Shown: positions 38,708 to 52,643 of the stretch, piece by piece | How the letters are laid out: each line of letters begins with the position of its first letter | Numbering within the stretch: position 1 is the stretch's first letter | Program-made: the position numbers and the translations under genes | The notes under the pieces: generated by a model | Seen by the model: the letters and a program-made list of their open reading frames with translations, nothing else | Database searches by the model: none | What the model was told of the DNA's origin: nothing | Assembly (NCBI GenBank): GCA_963743915.1 | Contig: CAVURN010000001.1 | Location: 512,001-576,000 of the forward strand | DNA from: an uncultured Actinomycetota bacterium | Lineage (GTDB): Bacteria > Actinomycetota > Actinomycetes > JAHEKZ01 | Direction of reading: 5' to 3' | Length of the DNA: 64,000 bases

Positions 38708-39577
38708 CTAGCTCTGGAGCGCGCTGATCACGTCGACCCCGACCTTGAGGAAGTCCTTCCGCTGGTCGCTCGTGGGGGGGTAGAAGATGAACTCGGTGAA
38801 ACCGAGCGGCGCGAACCTCTCCACGAGCCGGGGAACTGCCGAGTGGTCGCTCCACGCGTCGAAGGCCTCGTCGAAGGCGAGCAGCGAGCGGGTGAGGCTC
38901 GTTGGATCGCGACCGATTTCGGCGAGGTAGTCGTCGAGCATCGCGCAGCGTTCGCTCATGCCGCGGTGGAACTCGTCGATGTCGGTGATGTCGATCCAGG
39001 CATTCCAGGTGTCGGCCGCCCGAGCCGCCATCTTGGCGATGCGCGGACCGTTGCCGGCCAGGGCGATCGGCAACCGAGGCTGCTGGACGCAGCCCGGCGC
39101 CATGGCCGCGTTGGTGTACTGGGTGAATGTCCCGCTGAAGTCGCTCGTGTCCTGACGCAGCAGACGGTCGATGACCGCGGTGCCCTCCTCCAACCGGTCG
39201 ACGCGCTCCTTGGCCGACATCTCGTGCACGGTCCGGCCCGCCATGAGCTGGTCGTCCACCTGCCCACAGCCCAGCCCGAGCACGAACCGCCCGTTGCTCA
39301 GCTGGTCCACCGTCATGGCGAAGCGGGCCACCTGGACGGGGTCGCGCCAGGCGAGGTTGGTGACGAGCATCCCCAGCTCCAGGTCCTCGGTCTCCGAGGC
39401 CAGGGCACCGAGCGTGACCCACGGGTCCAGCAGCGGGGCGGGCCGGTCACGCCAGTCGCCCAGGGTGTCCCCGACCCACGCCGTGTCGAACGCGGTGTCC
39501 TCCATCCGCATGGCGAGGTCACGGCTGTGCTTGGTGTCGCGCGGGATGATGTACACGCCGAAGGAGAGGTCCGCCAT
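38708..39577 (-). CDS. LLM-class flavin-dependent oxidoreductase
   Basis: LLDPWVTL, TVDQLSNGRFVLGLG. Confidence 0.85.
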   Translation of the reverse strand: MADLSFGVYIIPRDTKHSRDLAMRMEDTAFDTAWVGDTLGDWRDRPAPLLDPWVTLGALASETEDLELGMLVTNLAWRDPVQVARFAMTVDQLSNGRFVLGLGCGQVDDQLMAGRTVHEMSAKERVDRLEEGTAVIDRLLRQDTSDFSGTFTQYTNAAMAPGCVQQPRLPIALAGNGPRIAKMAARAADTWNAWIDITDIDEFHRGMSERCAMLDDYLAEIGRDPTSLTRSLLAFDEAFDAWSDHSAVPRLVERFAPLGFTEFIFYPPTSDQRKDFLKVGVDVISALQS

Positions 39578-39672
39578 GCCCGTGATCGTGCCACAGGGCT
39601 GGGCAGGCACACTCGAACCCATGCGGCTGCGCCACCTGATCGACCGGCGCTGACACGGGCCGACTGCGCCGG

Positions 39673-41658
39673 CTAGCGGGACAGCTCGGGCAGGTCGCGG
39701 AACGCGTCGAGCGACTCGGGGTTGGCGAGGGCCTCGCGGTTGCGCACCTCGCGTCCGTGGATCACGTCGGCCACGGCGAGCTCGGCCAGCTTGTTGCTTC
39801 GGGTGCGCGGAAGGTCGTCGACGGCCACGATCCGGGCCGGCACGTGGCGGGGCGAGCAGTTCTCCCGCAGCGTGCGCTTGATGGTGGTCACGAGGGAGTC
39901 GTCGAGCTCACGCCCGTCGGCCAGCCGGACGAACAGCACGATGCGCGTGTCGTCGTCCCACGCCTGCCCGACGGCCAGAGCCTCGACGACCTGGGGCAGC
40001 CGCTCGACCTGCCGGTAGATCTCGGCGGTGCCGATCCGGACGCCGCCGGCGTTCAGCGTCGCGTCGGAACGACCGTGGATCACCAGTCCGGCATGCGGCG
40101 TCCACGACGCGAAGTCACCGTGCGCCCACACGCCGGGGAAGCGGTCGAAGTACGCACCGTGGTACCGCTCGCCCGTGGGGTCGTTCCAGAAGCTGACCGG
40201 CATCGACGGAAAGGGCACCGTGCAGACCAGCTCGCCGTGCCTGCCTGGCTCACCCTTGAGCGAGGCGCCCGTCTCGTCGAAGACGTCGACGGCCATGCCG
40301 AGCACGGGTCCTTGGATCTCGCCGCGGTAGACCGGACGGGTGGGGTCACCGGCGACGAAGCAGCCACAGATGTCGGTGCCGCCCGAGATCGAGGCCAGGT
40401 GCACGTCGGACTTGATCGACCCGTACACGTACTCGAAGCCCTCGTCCACCAGCGGAGAGCCGGTCGACGCGATGGTGCGGAGCGTGCTGAGCCGGTGTGT
40501 GCGCAGCGGGTGGAGGTCTGCCTTGCGTGAGGCGTCCAGGTACTTGGCGGAGGTGCCGAACAGGGTGATGCCGAGCTCGTCGACGAGGTCCCACAGCCGT
40601 TCCGGGTGAGGGTGGAACGGTGACCCGTCGTAGAGAACCAGCGATGCGCCGCAGGCCAGTGCCGACATCAGCCAGTTCCACATCATCCAGCCGCACGTCG
40701 TGAAGTAGAAGACGACGTCGCCCGGCCCGACGTCGCAGTGCAGCCGCTGCTCGACCGCGTGCTTGAGGGTCAGGCCGGCGCCGCTGTGCACGATGCACTT
40801 GGGGGCCCCGGTGGTCCCTGAGCTGTAGAGGATGAATCCCGGTGCATCGACAGGGAGTCGCAACGGCGCGCTGGGTGCGGTCGACGCGCCACTGGCCAGA
40901 GCCTCGTCCCACCCCGTCGCCACAGGGATGCCGTCGAGCGAGGGGTTGGGTTCCAGCTCACCCACGACGACGGTCGCGCGGACCGAGGGAAGCCCGGCCA
41001 CGACCTCGGCGAGCCGGTCGATGCGCGGTTGGTGCTTTCCGGCGTAGACGTAGCCGTCGGTGCCGACGAGCACCGTGGGCTCGACCTGCCCGAACCGGTC
41101 GAGCACCCCCGCGACCCCGAAGTCGGGTGACGTCGAGGTGAAGACAGCACCGACCAAGGACGTCCCGAGCATCGCCACCAAGACCTCGGGGGTGTTGGGC
41201 AGCCACGCAGCGACGCGGTCACCGGGCTGGACGCCGTGCGCCAGCAGGAAGCCGGCGAAGGCGTACGCCTGAGCCTCCAGCTCCGCCCACGTGAGGGTGC
41301 GTCGGACGTCGTCCTCCCGGACGAACGTGACGGCGGTCGTCGCGGAGTCCACCCCGGCGCGCTCGACGCCGTGCAGCAGGTTCTCGCCGTAGCAGACCCG
41401 GGCACCGGGAAAGAAGCGGGCGCTCTCCATGCCGTCGGCGCCCTCGGTACAGGCGGGGCCGTCGCCGCGGTCTCCGACGACCCAACGCGCGAACACGCTG
41501 TCCCAGAAGTCGCCGGGGTGGTCGACCGACCACCGGTGCACGGCTTCGGAGTCAGGGAGGGCGAGCCCGGTCGACTCCGCGACGGCGCGTCGGAAGGCGT
41601 CGAGCTGGGTGGCGGCGACGCGGTCAGGCGCCGGCGTCCAAAGAGGGGTGTCGGTCAC
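39673..41658 (-). CDS. Acetoacetate--CoA ligase
   Basis: YSSGTTGAPK, FTTCGWMMWNW, SISGGTD, GRSDATLN. Confidence 0.92.
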   Translation of the reverse strand: MTDTPLWTPAPDRVAATQLDAFRRAVAESTGLALPDSEAVHRWSVDHPGDFWDSVFARWVVGDRGDGPACTEGADGMESARFFPGARVCYGENLLHGVERAGVDSATTAVTFVREDDVRRTLTWAELEAQAYAFAGFLLAHGVQPGDRVAAWLPNTPEVLVAMLGTSLVGAVFTSTSPDFGVAGVLDRFGQVEPTVLVGTDGYVYAGKHQPRIDRLAEVVAGLPSVRATVVVGELEPNPSLDGIPVATGWDEALASGASTAPSAPLRLPVDAPGFILYSSGTTGAPKCIVHSGAGLTLKHAVEQRLHCDVGPGDVVFYFTTCGWMMWNWLMSALACGASLVLYDGSPFHPHPERLWDLVDELGITLFGTSAKYLDASRKADLHPLRTHRLSTLRTIASTGSPLVDEGFEYVYGSIKSDVHLASISGGTDICGCFVAGDPTRPVYRGEIQGPVLGMAVDVFDETGASLKGEPGRHGELVCTVPFPSMPVSFWNDPTGERYHGAYFDRFPGVWAHGDFASWTPHAGLVIHGRSDATLNAGGVRIGTAEIYRQVERLPQVVEALAVGQAWDDDTRIVLFVRLADGRELDDSLVTTIKRTLRENCSPRHVPARIVAVDDLPRTRSNKLAELAVADVIHGREVRNREALANPESLDAFRDLPELSR

Positions 41659-41679
41659 GGCTCCATCTTGCCGTGAGGG

Positions 41680-41955
41680 TCACCGCAAGGGGCGCAACGG
41701 GATCAGAAGACTGCGGATGACCGGCGGGTCGGGGTACCGGACCTCCTGCACCGTCATGTGTCCGGTGGGGGTGTCGGTGCCGGAGTGCGGCGACTCCACC
41801 CCAGAGGTGGAGAGCCAGAAGTCGACCATCTCGTCGAAGGCGGTGGCCTGGTCCTCGTCGATCAGGTTGCGCACCCCCGAACGAGGGTCGACCCAGCCGA
41901 TGGCCCGCCCCCGGTCGTCCAGCACGTCGATGCGGTCAGCCACAGGTGGCGTCAT
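41680..41955 (-). CDS. Hypothetical protein (91 aa)
   Basis: MTPPVADRIDVLDD...; purine-rich RBS; sigma28-like promoter upstream. Confidence 0.55.
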   Translation of the reverse strand: MTPPVADRIDVLDDRGRAIGWVDPRSGVRNLIDEDQATAFDEMVDFWLSTSGVESPHSGTDTPTGHMTVQEVRYPDPPVIRSLLIPLRPLR

Positions 41956-42006
41956 GGCGCACCCCTTCCGTCCCCCTGCTGAGCATTGCCCACTTCCCTT
42001 CGATGG

Positions 42007-42034
42007 TTGTCGGCGCGACACACCACCGAGTTGA
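42007..42034 (-). promoter_or_regulatory. Putative sigma28 (WhiG/FliA)-type promoter
   Basis: Minus strand reads TCAA-N16-GCCGACAA. Confidence 0.55.
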
Positions 42035-42134
42035 TCCCACGCCGGCCCGAGGGTTGCGCCGATCGGGTGACACGCCCGAAGGAGCAGGCGGTGCCAGGCC
42101 GATCTCCTGGCCAGACAACATCCCTGGAGGTCCT

Positions 42135-42704
42135 GTGGCCGCACGCAAGAACCCGGTCGTCATCGACGATGCCCCGGGGGACGTGGCGGACGTCCCGGTC
42201 CCCGAGCTCGACGACGTCATGACCGATGCGTCCGCCGTCGACGCCGAGCTGCCGTCGGACGAGGGCGATACCGGCGCCGACGCGAGCAGCGACACGCCCG
42301 CCGAAGGTCGGCGCAGGGGTCGGGTCGTGGTGCTGGCGATCGCCGCGGTGCTCGCCGCGTCCGGCGCGATCTGGGCAGCGGGCAGTCTCGGGGAGCCGGA
42401 TCCGCAGGGCCTGCCCCCGGCCATCTCCGACCCGGCCGTCGTCGTGTCGGCACTCGACGCGGGCGGGATCTCCTGCACCGGTTCGGTCGTCAGCGGTGAC
42501 GTTGCCACCTGCAACGCGACCGTGGCGGTCCGTGTGTTCGACTCCGAGGACGCGGCGGACGCCTGGGTCACCGACCTGCTCGACGACCCGCTGACGAGCT
42601 CGGCCTTCGGATGGGTCCAGCACGGCAACGTCGTGGTGTCGGCCCCGCTGAACGCCGCACCGGACGTCGCCGCGGCCCTCGGCCCCGCCGCGACCGTCCG
42701 CTGA
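42135..42704 (+). CDS. Membrane-anchored hypothetical protein
   Basis: GGAGG RBS; acidic N-terminus, one TM, extracytoplasmic domain with two Cys. Confidence 0.7.
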   Translation: MAARKNPVVIDDAPGDVADVPVPELDDVMTDASAVDAELPSDEGDTGADASSDTPAEGRRRGRVVVLAIAAVLAASGAIWAAGSLGEPDPQGLPPAISDPAVVVSALDAGGISCTGSVVSGDVATCNATVAVRVFDSEDAADAWVTDLLDDPLTSSAFGWVQHGNVVVSAPLNAAPDVAAALGPAATVR

Positions 42705-42792
42705 CGAGTCCGACCGTCCGACCGCGCACTCGACCGCTCCCGCCCGCTCGCGCCTCCCGGGTGTTGTCAGCAGCGCTGGGTACCGTCCCCAT

Positions 42793-44012
42793 ATGCGGCT
42801 GCTGCACACCTCCGACTGGCACCTGGGACGCGGCCTGCACGGTGTCGACCTGCACGTCGCCCAGCAGCACGTGCTCGACCAGATCGTGGCGCTGGTGGCC
42901 AGTCGCGGCGTCGATGCCGTCCTGATCTGCGGTGACGTGTTCGACCGGGCGGTGCCCCCGGTTTCCGCCGTCCAGCTCTGGGACCGGACGCTCCGCGCAC
43001 TGTGCGAACAGGTGCCCGTCGTCGTCATCCCCGGCAACCACGACTCCGCGCCACGGCTGGGGGTCGGCGCCGACCTGTTCCGGAGCGGCGTCCACGTCGT
43101 GGCCGACGTCGACGCGGTGGGGACGCCGGTGACCCTCCACGACGACCACGGTGCCGTGCGCATCTACCCGGTGCCCTTTCTCGACCCCGACGTGGCCAGG
43201 CACGCGTTGGCGGGGGCGAGTGACACCCCGCTCCCGCGTTCGCACGAGGCGGCGATGGCGGCGGCGATGGCCCGCATCCGTTCCGACCATGCCCGACGCT
43301 CTCAGGACGTCCCGGCGCGCATCGTCGTGATGGCGCACGCCTTCGTCGTGGCCGGAGCGGCCGGCGCGCTCCCCGCGGGCGACGGGGCGGGGGGTGGTGA
43401 GCCCCAGCGCAGCGACAGCGAGCGCGACATCCGGGTCGGTGGCGTCGACAGCGTGCCTGTCGACGTGTTCGACGGCATCGACTACGTGGCCCTCGGCCAC
43501 CTGCATGGCGCCCAGCGGGTCGAGGGGCCGCAGCGCAGCGGACGCGTCCGGTACAGCGGATCCCCCCTGCGCTACTCCTTCAGCGAGGCGGCGCAGCACA
43601 AGCAGGTGGCCATGGTCGATCTCTTGGCCGACGGCTCGGTCGAGGTCGAGACCGTCGAGCTCGAGCAACCCCAGGGGATGTCCGCCGTTGCCGGCTCGCT
43701 CGAGCGCTTGCTCACCGACCCCGGGCTCACCGAGGTCGAGCGGTGCTGGGTCCAGGTGACGGTCACCGACCCCGCCCGACCGCCCCAGATGGTCCCCCGC
43801 GTCAAGGAGCGCTTCCCGGACGCGCTGGTGGTGCGGCATGTCCCCGCCACGGGTCCGCTCGCGACCAGCAGCCATGTCGGCGTCCCGGCGTCCCCACTGG
43901 AAGTCGCCGAGTCGTTCGTGCGCTACGTGACCGGTGGCGACATCACCACCGTCGAGCTCGACGTGTTCCGTGACGCGTACGAGCAGGTGCTCGCGTCGGG
44001 CCGTGAGGCCTG

Positions 44013-44013
<1 letters not shown>
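42793..44013 (+). CDS. sbcD: Exonuclease SbcCD subunit D
   Basis: HTSDWHLG, GDVFD, GNHD, ALGHLH, YSGSPLRYSFSE. Confidence 0.95.
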
Positions 44014-47020
<3,007 letters not shown>

Positions 47021-47024
<4 letters not shown>

Positions 47025-47782
47025 GCGCCGGCCGACAGACACCACCCCCACGGCTGCGCAGCAAGGTCTCGGCGCAGGAGCGCGCCCTCATCACCGATGC
47101 CGTGGGTCCGCTCGCCGACGACCGTCTGGTGCGCGCCGTGCGCGACGGCCGGGGGCGTGAGTTCCAGCGCTTGGAGTTCCTCGGCGACTCGGTGCTCGAC
47201 CTGGTGCTCGCCGCCCATCGGTGGGTCGAACCGACATGCCGTGCGTGTCGCGACGCCCCGCAGGTGGCCAGTGACCGTCATCTCGCACAGGTCGCCAGAG
47301 CGGCGGGGCTCGGCGCCTGGCTCGAGTGGGACGCCTCCGACGACCGCATCGCCGATCTTGTCGAGACGTGCGTGGCCGCGACCTGGCTCACCGGTCGCTG
47401 GCCACGAGCGGTGGGGTTCGCGGCGAGAGTCGTGCACCCGTTCGGCGACGCCACTGGCCGGCTGCTCGCGGCCGGGGGACAGAGCCTGCCGCCGGGCCGT
47501 GAGGCGCGCAGGGTGGGGGCGGCCGTCCTCGAGCTCGCGGCCGCCTCGGGGTTGTTCGACGAGCTGGCGCTTGCCGACGAAGGTGAGTTGTCGCGTCGAC
47601 GCGCACTGCTCCATGAGGCCGACCAGGTCGCCGCGCGGGTGAGGCAGCGGCAGCAGGTCGGCGGTGACGTGGAGACCGTGGTCAGTCGGGTCGAGGACGC
47701 GCTCGCGGCGCAGCTCGCCGACGTCGGAGCGGATGCCGCGCTCACCGCTGCGCGACCCTTGCTGGGGTTCGCGGGCGGCTAG
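47021..47782 (+). CDS. Tandem RNase III-domain protein (one intact, one degenerate; no dsRBD)
   Basis: QRLEFLGDSVL..ADLVET; second repeat EARRVGAAVLEL..DEGELSRRRA..SRVED; GTGA overlap with sbcC. Confidence 0.75.
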
Positions 47783-47792
47783 GCTGCGCGCC

Positions 47793-48647
47793 GTGGCCGA
47801 CTACGTGTACCCACCTGTCATCGCAGCGGTCTCGGGGGCGTTCAAGGCACTCGGCCTGGCGATCCGCGTCGAGGGCGGTCACCACGTGCCCACCAGCGGG
47901 CCGGCGGTGATGGCGTCCAACCACATCAGCCACCTCGACTTCATCTTCGTCGGGCTCGGCGCGCGTGGCTCACGGCGCTACGTGCGTTTCATGGCGAAGG
48001 AGTCGATCTTCGCCCACCGGGTCGCCGGGCCGCTGATGCGCGGCATGCACCACATCTCGGTGGACCGCGAGGCAGGACTGCAGAGCTTTCGCGACGCGAT
48101 GGCTGCCCTGAAGGCGGGGGAGGTCGTCGGGCTCTTTCCCGAGGCCACTATCAGCCGGTCGTTCGAGCCCAAGGAGTTCAAGTCCGGCGCCGAGCGGCTT
48201 GCCAAGGCGACCAAGGCGCCACTGATCCCGGTCGCGGTGTGGGGCAGCCAACGCCTGTGGACGTACGACGAGCGGGCCACTCTCCGGCAGCGTGGCGTGC
48301 CGGTGAGCATCTACGTCGGAGAGCCGATCGATCCGACGCTGCGCGGCGAGGCGGCCAGCGACGAGCTGCGAGCCCGCGTGATCGAGCTGGTGCGCCGCGC
48401 CCAGGACGAGTACCCCGAGCCGGGCACCGGTCAGTGGTGGCAGCCGACCCGTCTCGGTGGCACGGCACCGCCCCCCGGCGACTTCGACGAGCGGCGCGCC
48501 CGACACCTGCAGGCCCGCCAACGCCAGGACCGCCACGGTCACGCCGCAGGACGCCTGGGATCGGGGCGGTCCAGCGGCGGTGGGGCTCAGGTCAGGCGGC
48601 CCCACCGATCGGGCCGGCGTGCGCAGCCTCGTCCTTGCTCACCTTGA
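47793..48647 (+). CDS. Lysophospholipid acyltransferase (PlsC family); 3' end uncertain
   Basis: SNHISHLD, FMAK, FPEATISR. Confidence 0.85.
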   Translation: MADYVYPPVIAAVSGAFKALGLAIRVEGGHHVPTSGPAVMASNHISHLDFIFVGLGARGSRRYVRFMAKESIFAHRVAGPLMRGMHHISVDREAGLQSFRDAMAALKAGEVVGLFPEATISRSFEPKEFKSGAERLAKATKAPLIPVAVWGSQRLWTYDERATLRQRGVPVSIYVGEPIDPTLRGEAASDELRARVIELVRRAQDEYPEPGTGQWWQPTRLGGTAPPPGDFDERRARHLQARQRQDRHGHAAGRLGSGRSSGGGAQVRRPHRSGRRAQPRPCSP

Positions 48648-50160
48648 TGGCGAACAGCGTGATGAAGAAGGCGAGGATCATCAGGCCCGCCGACACCTGG
48701 AACGCCGCGGTCCAGCCGTCGACGGTCGCGGTCACCGTGGCGGCCTGGACCTGCTGCTCCGTGGGCTGGGCTCCGCCGGAGACGATCGCGGTCAGGGCGT
48801 CGTCGAGGTTGGTCGACAGCACCGTCACGAAGACGGTCGTCAACGCCGCCAGACCGATCGAGCCACCGATCTGCTGGCTGGTGTTGAGCACGCCCGACGC
48901 GATGCCGGCGTCCCCTTCGTCGATCTGCGACACGGCGGCCAGCGTCAGCGGCATGAAGGTGAAGCCCATGCCGAGCGCGAAGACCACCATCGGGCCGAGC
49001 AGTCCGGTGACGTAGGTGGAGTCGGGCTCGATCTGGGCGAGCCAGATCATGCCCACCGAGGCCAGAGCGGTACCGAGCAGGGCCAGAGGCTTGGCCCCGA
49101 CCCGGGTGATCACCTGGGACGCGGTGCCGGCCGACAGGATGATGCAGACGCTGACCGGAAGGAAGGCGAAGCCGGCCTGGATCGGGCTGTAGCCCAGGAT
49201 CTCCTGCACGAACTGCGTGAGGTAGAAGAACATTCCGAACATGCCCGCCCCGATGATGAGCATGACGCCGTAGGCGCCCGCCCGGTTGCGGTTCTCGAAG
49301 ATGCGGAGCGGCATCAGGGCATGCCGGCTGCGGGCCTCGAGGATGAGGAACACGACGAGCAGGACCACTGACACGCCGATGAGCGCCAGGTTGGTGCTGT
49401 CGGTCCATGCAGCAGTGGCCGGCGAGTCGACGCCCGCGGTCGCGTTCTCGCCGATGTCGGTGGCGATGCGGGTGAGGCTGTAGACCAGCAGGGCCAGTCC
49501 GGCCGTGGCGGTGATCGCGCCGGGCAGGTCGAACTTGCCGGTGTGGCGCTCGGTCTCGTGCAGCGCCCGCGGGGCGACGAGCGCGATGAAGATGCCGATC
49601 GGGACGTTGACGAACATGACCCAACGCCAGTCGATCTCGGTGAGGAACCCACCGAGGATCAGGCCAACCGCTGCGCCCGCGCCCGACATGGCGGCATAGA
49701 CGCCCATGGCCCGGTTGCGCTCCTTGCCCTCGGGGAACTCGGTGGCGATCAGCGACAGGGCGGTCGGTGCAGCGATGGCGGCGCCCAGGCCCTGGAGGGC
49801 GCGGAAGGCCAGCAGCGACCCTTCGCTCCAGGCGAAGCCCCCGCCGAGCGAGCCGATGGAGAAGAGCCAGATGCCGAAGATGAAGACCCGGCGGCGTCCG
49901 AGGATGTCACCGGCACGTCCGCCGAGCAGCAGGAACCCGCCGAAGGCGAGCGTGTAGGCGGTGAGTACCCACTGCAGGTTGGCCGGCGTGAAGCCGAGGT
50001 CCTCCTGGATGCTCGGCAGCGCGATGTTCACGATCGTCGCGTCGAGCACCACCATGAGCTGAGCGGTGCAGATGACCACCAGCGCGAGCGCCAAGTTCTG
50101 TGCCGGGGCGATGTGGTGCTCCTCGGCCCCTTCGGTGGTGGTGCGGTCGGGGGTGGACAT
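48592..50160 (-). CDS. MFS drug efflux transporter (DHA2, 14 TM)
   Basis: LDATIVNIALP, GGRAGDILGRRR, WRWVMFVNVPIG. Confidence 0.92.
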   Translation of the reverse strand: MSTPDRTTTEGAEEHHIAPAQNLALALVVICTAQLMVVLDATIVNIALPSIQEDLGFTPANLQWVLTAYTLAFGGFLLLGGRAGDILGRRRVFIFGIWLFSIGSLGGGFAWSEGSLLAFRALQGLGAAIAAPTALSLIATEFPEGKERNRAMGVYAAMSGAGAAVGLILGGFLTEIDWRWVMFVNVPIGIFIALVAPRALHETERHTGKFDLPGAITATAGLALLVYSLTRIATDIGENATAGVDSPATAAWTDSTNLALIGVSVVLLVVFLILEARSRHALMPLRIFENRNRAGAYGVMLIIGAGMFGMFFYLTQFVQEILGYSPIQAGFAFLPVSVCIILSAGTASQVITRVGAKPLALLGTALASVGMIWLAQIEPDSTYVTGLLGPMVVFALGMGFTFMPLTLAAVSQIDEGDAGIASGVLNTSQQIGGSIGLAALTTVFVTVLSTNLDDALTAIVSGGAQPTEQQVQAATVTATVDGWTAAFQVSAGLMILAFFITLFAIKVSKDEAAHAGPIGGAA

Positions 50161-50195
50161 GCAACTCCTTGGGTGGGTTGGGGGGAGCGGGTGGG

Positions 50196-50810
50196 CTAGG
50201 AGACGGTGTGGGGCGAACCAGACGTGAGCAGCGGCAGCCAGATCTCGTCGACCAGGCGCGTGAGGTACGCCTCGTCGACGGGGTGCGGGGTGAGCAGGTG
50301 CCGGAACACGAGCATGCCGGGGACGACGTCCACGAGGAACTGAATATCGGTCGCCTCTGACACCTCGCCCCGCCGCTGGGCGCGTCGGACGATCGCCAAG
50401 GCGAGGTCGCGTTTGTGGCTGATGATCTGGCTCTGGAACGCGCGCGCCATCTCCGGGTCGGTGGCGCAGGCCGACACCATGCCGCGAATCACGCAGAGCT
50501 GCTCCTCCGCCCCAGGGCCGTGGGTGCCGAGGAGCAGCGCCAGCAGGTCCCCGCGCAGGGTGCCGGTGTCGGTCGAGGTCTCGTCGGGGGCGTCGCCGAG
50601 CAGCCTGATCGCGTCGACGACGAGGTCTGCCTTGGACGGCCAGTGCCGGTAGAGCGTGGCCTTGCTGGCTCCGGCGCGCCGGGCGACGGCGTCCATCGTC
50701 ATCCGGTCGTAGCCGACCTCCTGCAGCTCGGCCAGGGCGGCTCGAAGGATCTCGCCGTGCCGGCCCGCGTCGAGGCGCCGCAGTCGGGCGGCGACGGCTT
50801 GAGGCGTCAT
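50196..50810 (-). CDS. TetR/AcrR regulator
   Basis: TMDAVARRAGASKATLYRHWPSK. Confidence 0.92.
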   Translation of the reverse strand: MTPQAVAARLRRLDAGRHGEILRAALAELQEVGYDRMTMDAVARRAGASKATLYRHWPSKADLVVDAIRLLGDAPDETSTDTGTLRGDLLALLLGTHGPGAEEQLCVIRGMVSACATDPEMARAFQSQIISHKRDLALAIVRRAQRRGEVSEATDIQFLVDVVPGMLVFRHLLTPHPVDEAYLTRLVDEIWLPLLTSGSPHTVS

Positions 50811-50851
50811 GGGCGGGGCTCCGGGATGTCAGCAACGAGAACGCAGCGAAA

Positions 50852-50869
50852 CGAAACGGTATCGTTTCG
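50852..50869. promoter_or_regulatory. TetR operator palindrome
   Basis: CGAAACG-GTAT-CGTTTCG upstream of tetR. Confidence 0.6.
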
Positions 50870-50941
50870 CAGGGAAACTACTCCGGGGGACTGGCGACGT
50901 CAACCCCCGGCGTGAGGCGCGGCACTGGTTGGATGGCCCGC

Positions 50942-52596
50942 ATGTCATCTCCCGAGCTGGTCTTCGTCGGCGGTCGCCTCTTCACCGGGCTCGGTGTCCG
51001 ACCGAGCCCGGGCGCGGTGGCGGTGACCGGTGGTCGCATCAGTGCCATCGGCAGCGACGCCGACGTGCGCGCCTTGGCGGGATCGGCCACCGAGGTGGTC
51101 GACATCGGCGAGGGGCTGCTCTGTCCGGGCTTCCAGGACGCGCACGTCCACCCGGTCTACGGCGGCACCCAGATGTCGCAGTGCGACCTGCACCACGTCG
51201 TGACCTCCGACGAGAGCGTCGCGACTGTCGCCGCCTACGCGGCCGCTCACCCCGACCTGCCGTGGATCCTCGGCGGCGGGTGGTCGATGGAGGCCTTCCC
51301 CGGCGGCACCCCCACCAAGGAGCTGCTGGACGCGGTGGTGCCGGACCGACCGGTCTTCCTGCCCAACCGTGACGGGCACAGCGGCTGGGTCAACTCGCCG
51401 GCGCTGGCGGCGGCCGGCATCACCCGTGACACCCCAGATCCCGACGACGGAAGGATCGAACGGGACGACGCGGGGGAGCCGACTGGATGCCTGCACGAAG
51501 GCGCGATGGCGCTGGTGAGCCGGCTGGTCCCGCCCCCCACGGACGCCGACTACGACCGCGCGCTCGACCTCGCGCAGGAGTACCTGTTCTCGCTGGGCAT
51601 CACCGGCTGGCAGGACGCGATCGTCGGTGAGGTCAACGGCCGTCCCGACAACCTGCAGGCGTACCTGCGCGGCGACGCCGACGGACGCCTGAAGGCGCGC
51701 GTCGTGGGTGCGCTCTGGTGGGACCGGTCCCGTGGGCTCGACCAGGTGGCCGAGCATGGTCGCACGCCGCGACGCAGGGGCCGGCAACCGGTTCCGCGCG
51801 ACCAGCATCAAGATCATGCAGGACGGCGTCGCCGAGAACTTCACCGGAGCGATGATCTCCCCGTACCTCGACGGCTGCGGCTGCCAGACGGAGAACGCCG
51901 GGTTGTCGTTCGTGGACCCGGAGGTGCTGCGCGAGGCGGTGGTCGCGCTCGACGCCGAAGGCTTCCAGGTGCACTTCCACGTGATCGGCGACCGCGCGGC
52001 CCGCGAGGCGCTGGACAGCATCGAGGCAGCCCGGCGCGCCAACGGCATGAACGACCTGCGCCACCACCTGGCCCACATCCAGGTGATCCACCCGGACGAC
52101 GTTCCACGGTTCGCCGCTCTCGGCGTCGGCGCGAACATGCAGCCCCTGTGGGCCTGTCACGAGCCGCAGATGGACGAGCTCACGATCCCCTTCCTCGGCG
52201 AGCCGCGGTGGCGGTGGCAGTACCCGTTCGGCGACCTCGAGCGGGCGGGTGCGCGGCTGGTCGGCGGCAGCGACTGGTCGGTGAGCAGTCCTGACGTGAT
52301 GTGGGGCGCTCACGTGGCGGTCACCCGGATGCCACCACCGGACGGGGACGACCACTCGGGCAAGGAGCCCTTCCTGCCCGAGCAGGCGATCTCCCTCGAG
52401 TCCGCGCTCACCGCGTACACGCAGGGCTCGGCGTGGGTGAACCACCTCGACGACGTCACCGGGACGCTGGAGGTGGGCAAGTACGCCGACCTCGCGCTGC
52501 TCGAGCGCGACCCGTTCGCGGGTGACTCCGGCGGAGATCGGCACGACCCGCGTGGCCCAGACGTTCGTCGAGGGCGAGCGGGTCTTCGCGCGCTGA
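50942..52596 (+). CDS. Amidohydrolase_3 (YtcJ-like), frameshifts near 51757 and 52530
   Basis: PGFQDAHVH, DGH, KIMQDG, HVIGD, HHLAH, GSDW. Confidence 0.85.
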
Positions 52597-52643
52597 GCTG
52601 CCCGCTCGGTCAGGACGGGTGACCGTGCGGGACGGGTGACCGA

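Noticed and set aside
50161-50835. TetR-MFS fusion implied by ORF 48592..50835
   Set aside because: TetR is in a different frame with its own stop; the MFS has its own AAGGAG RBS and ATG at 50160
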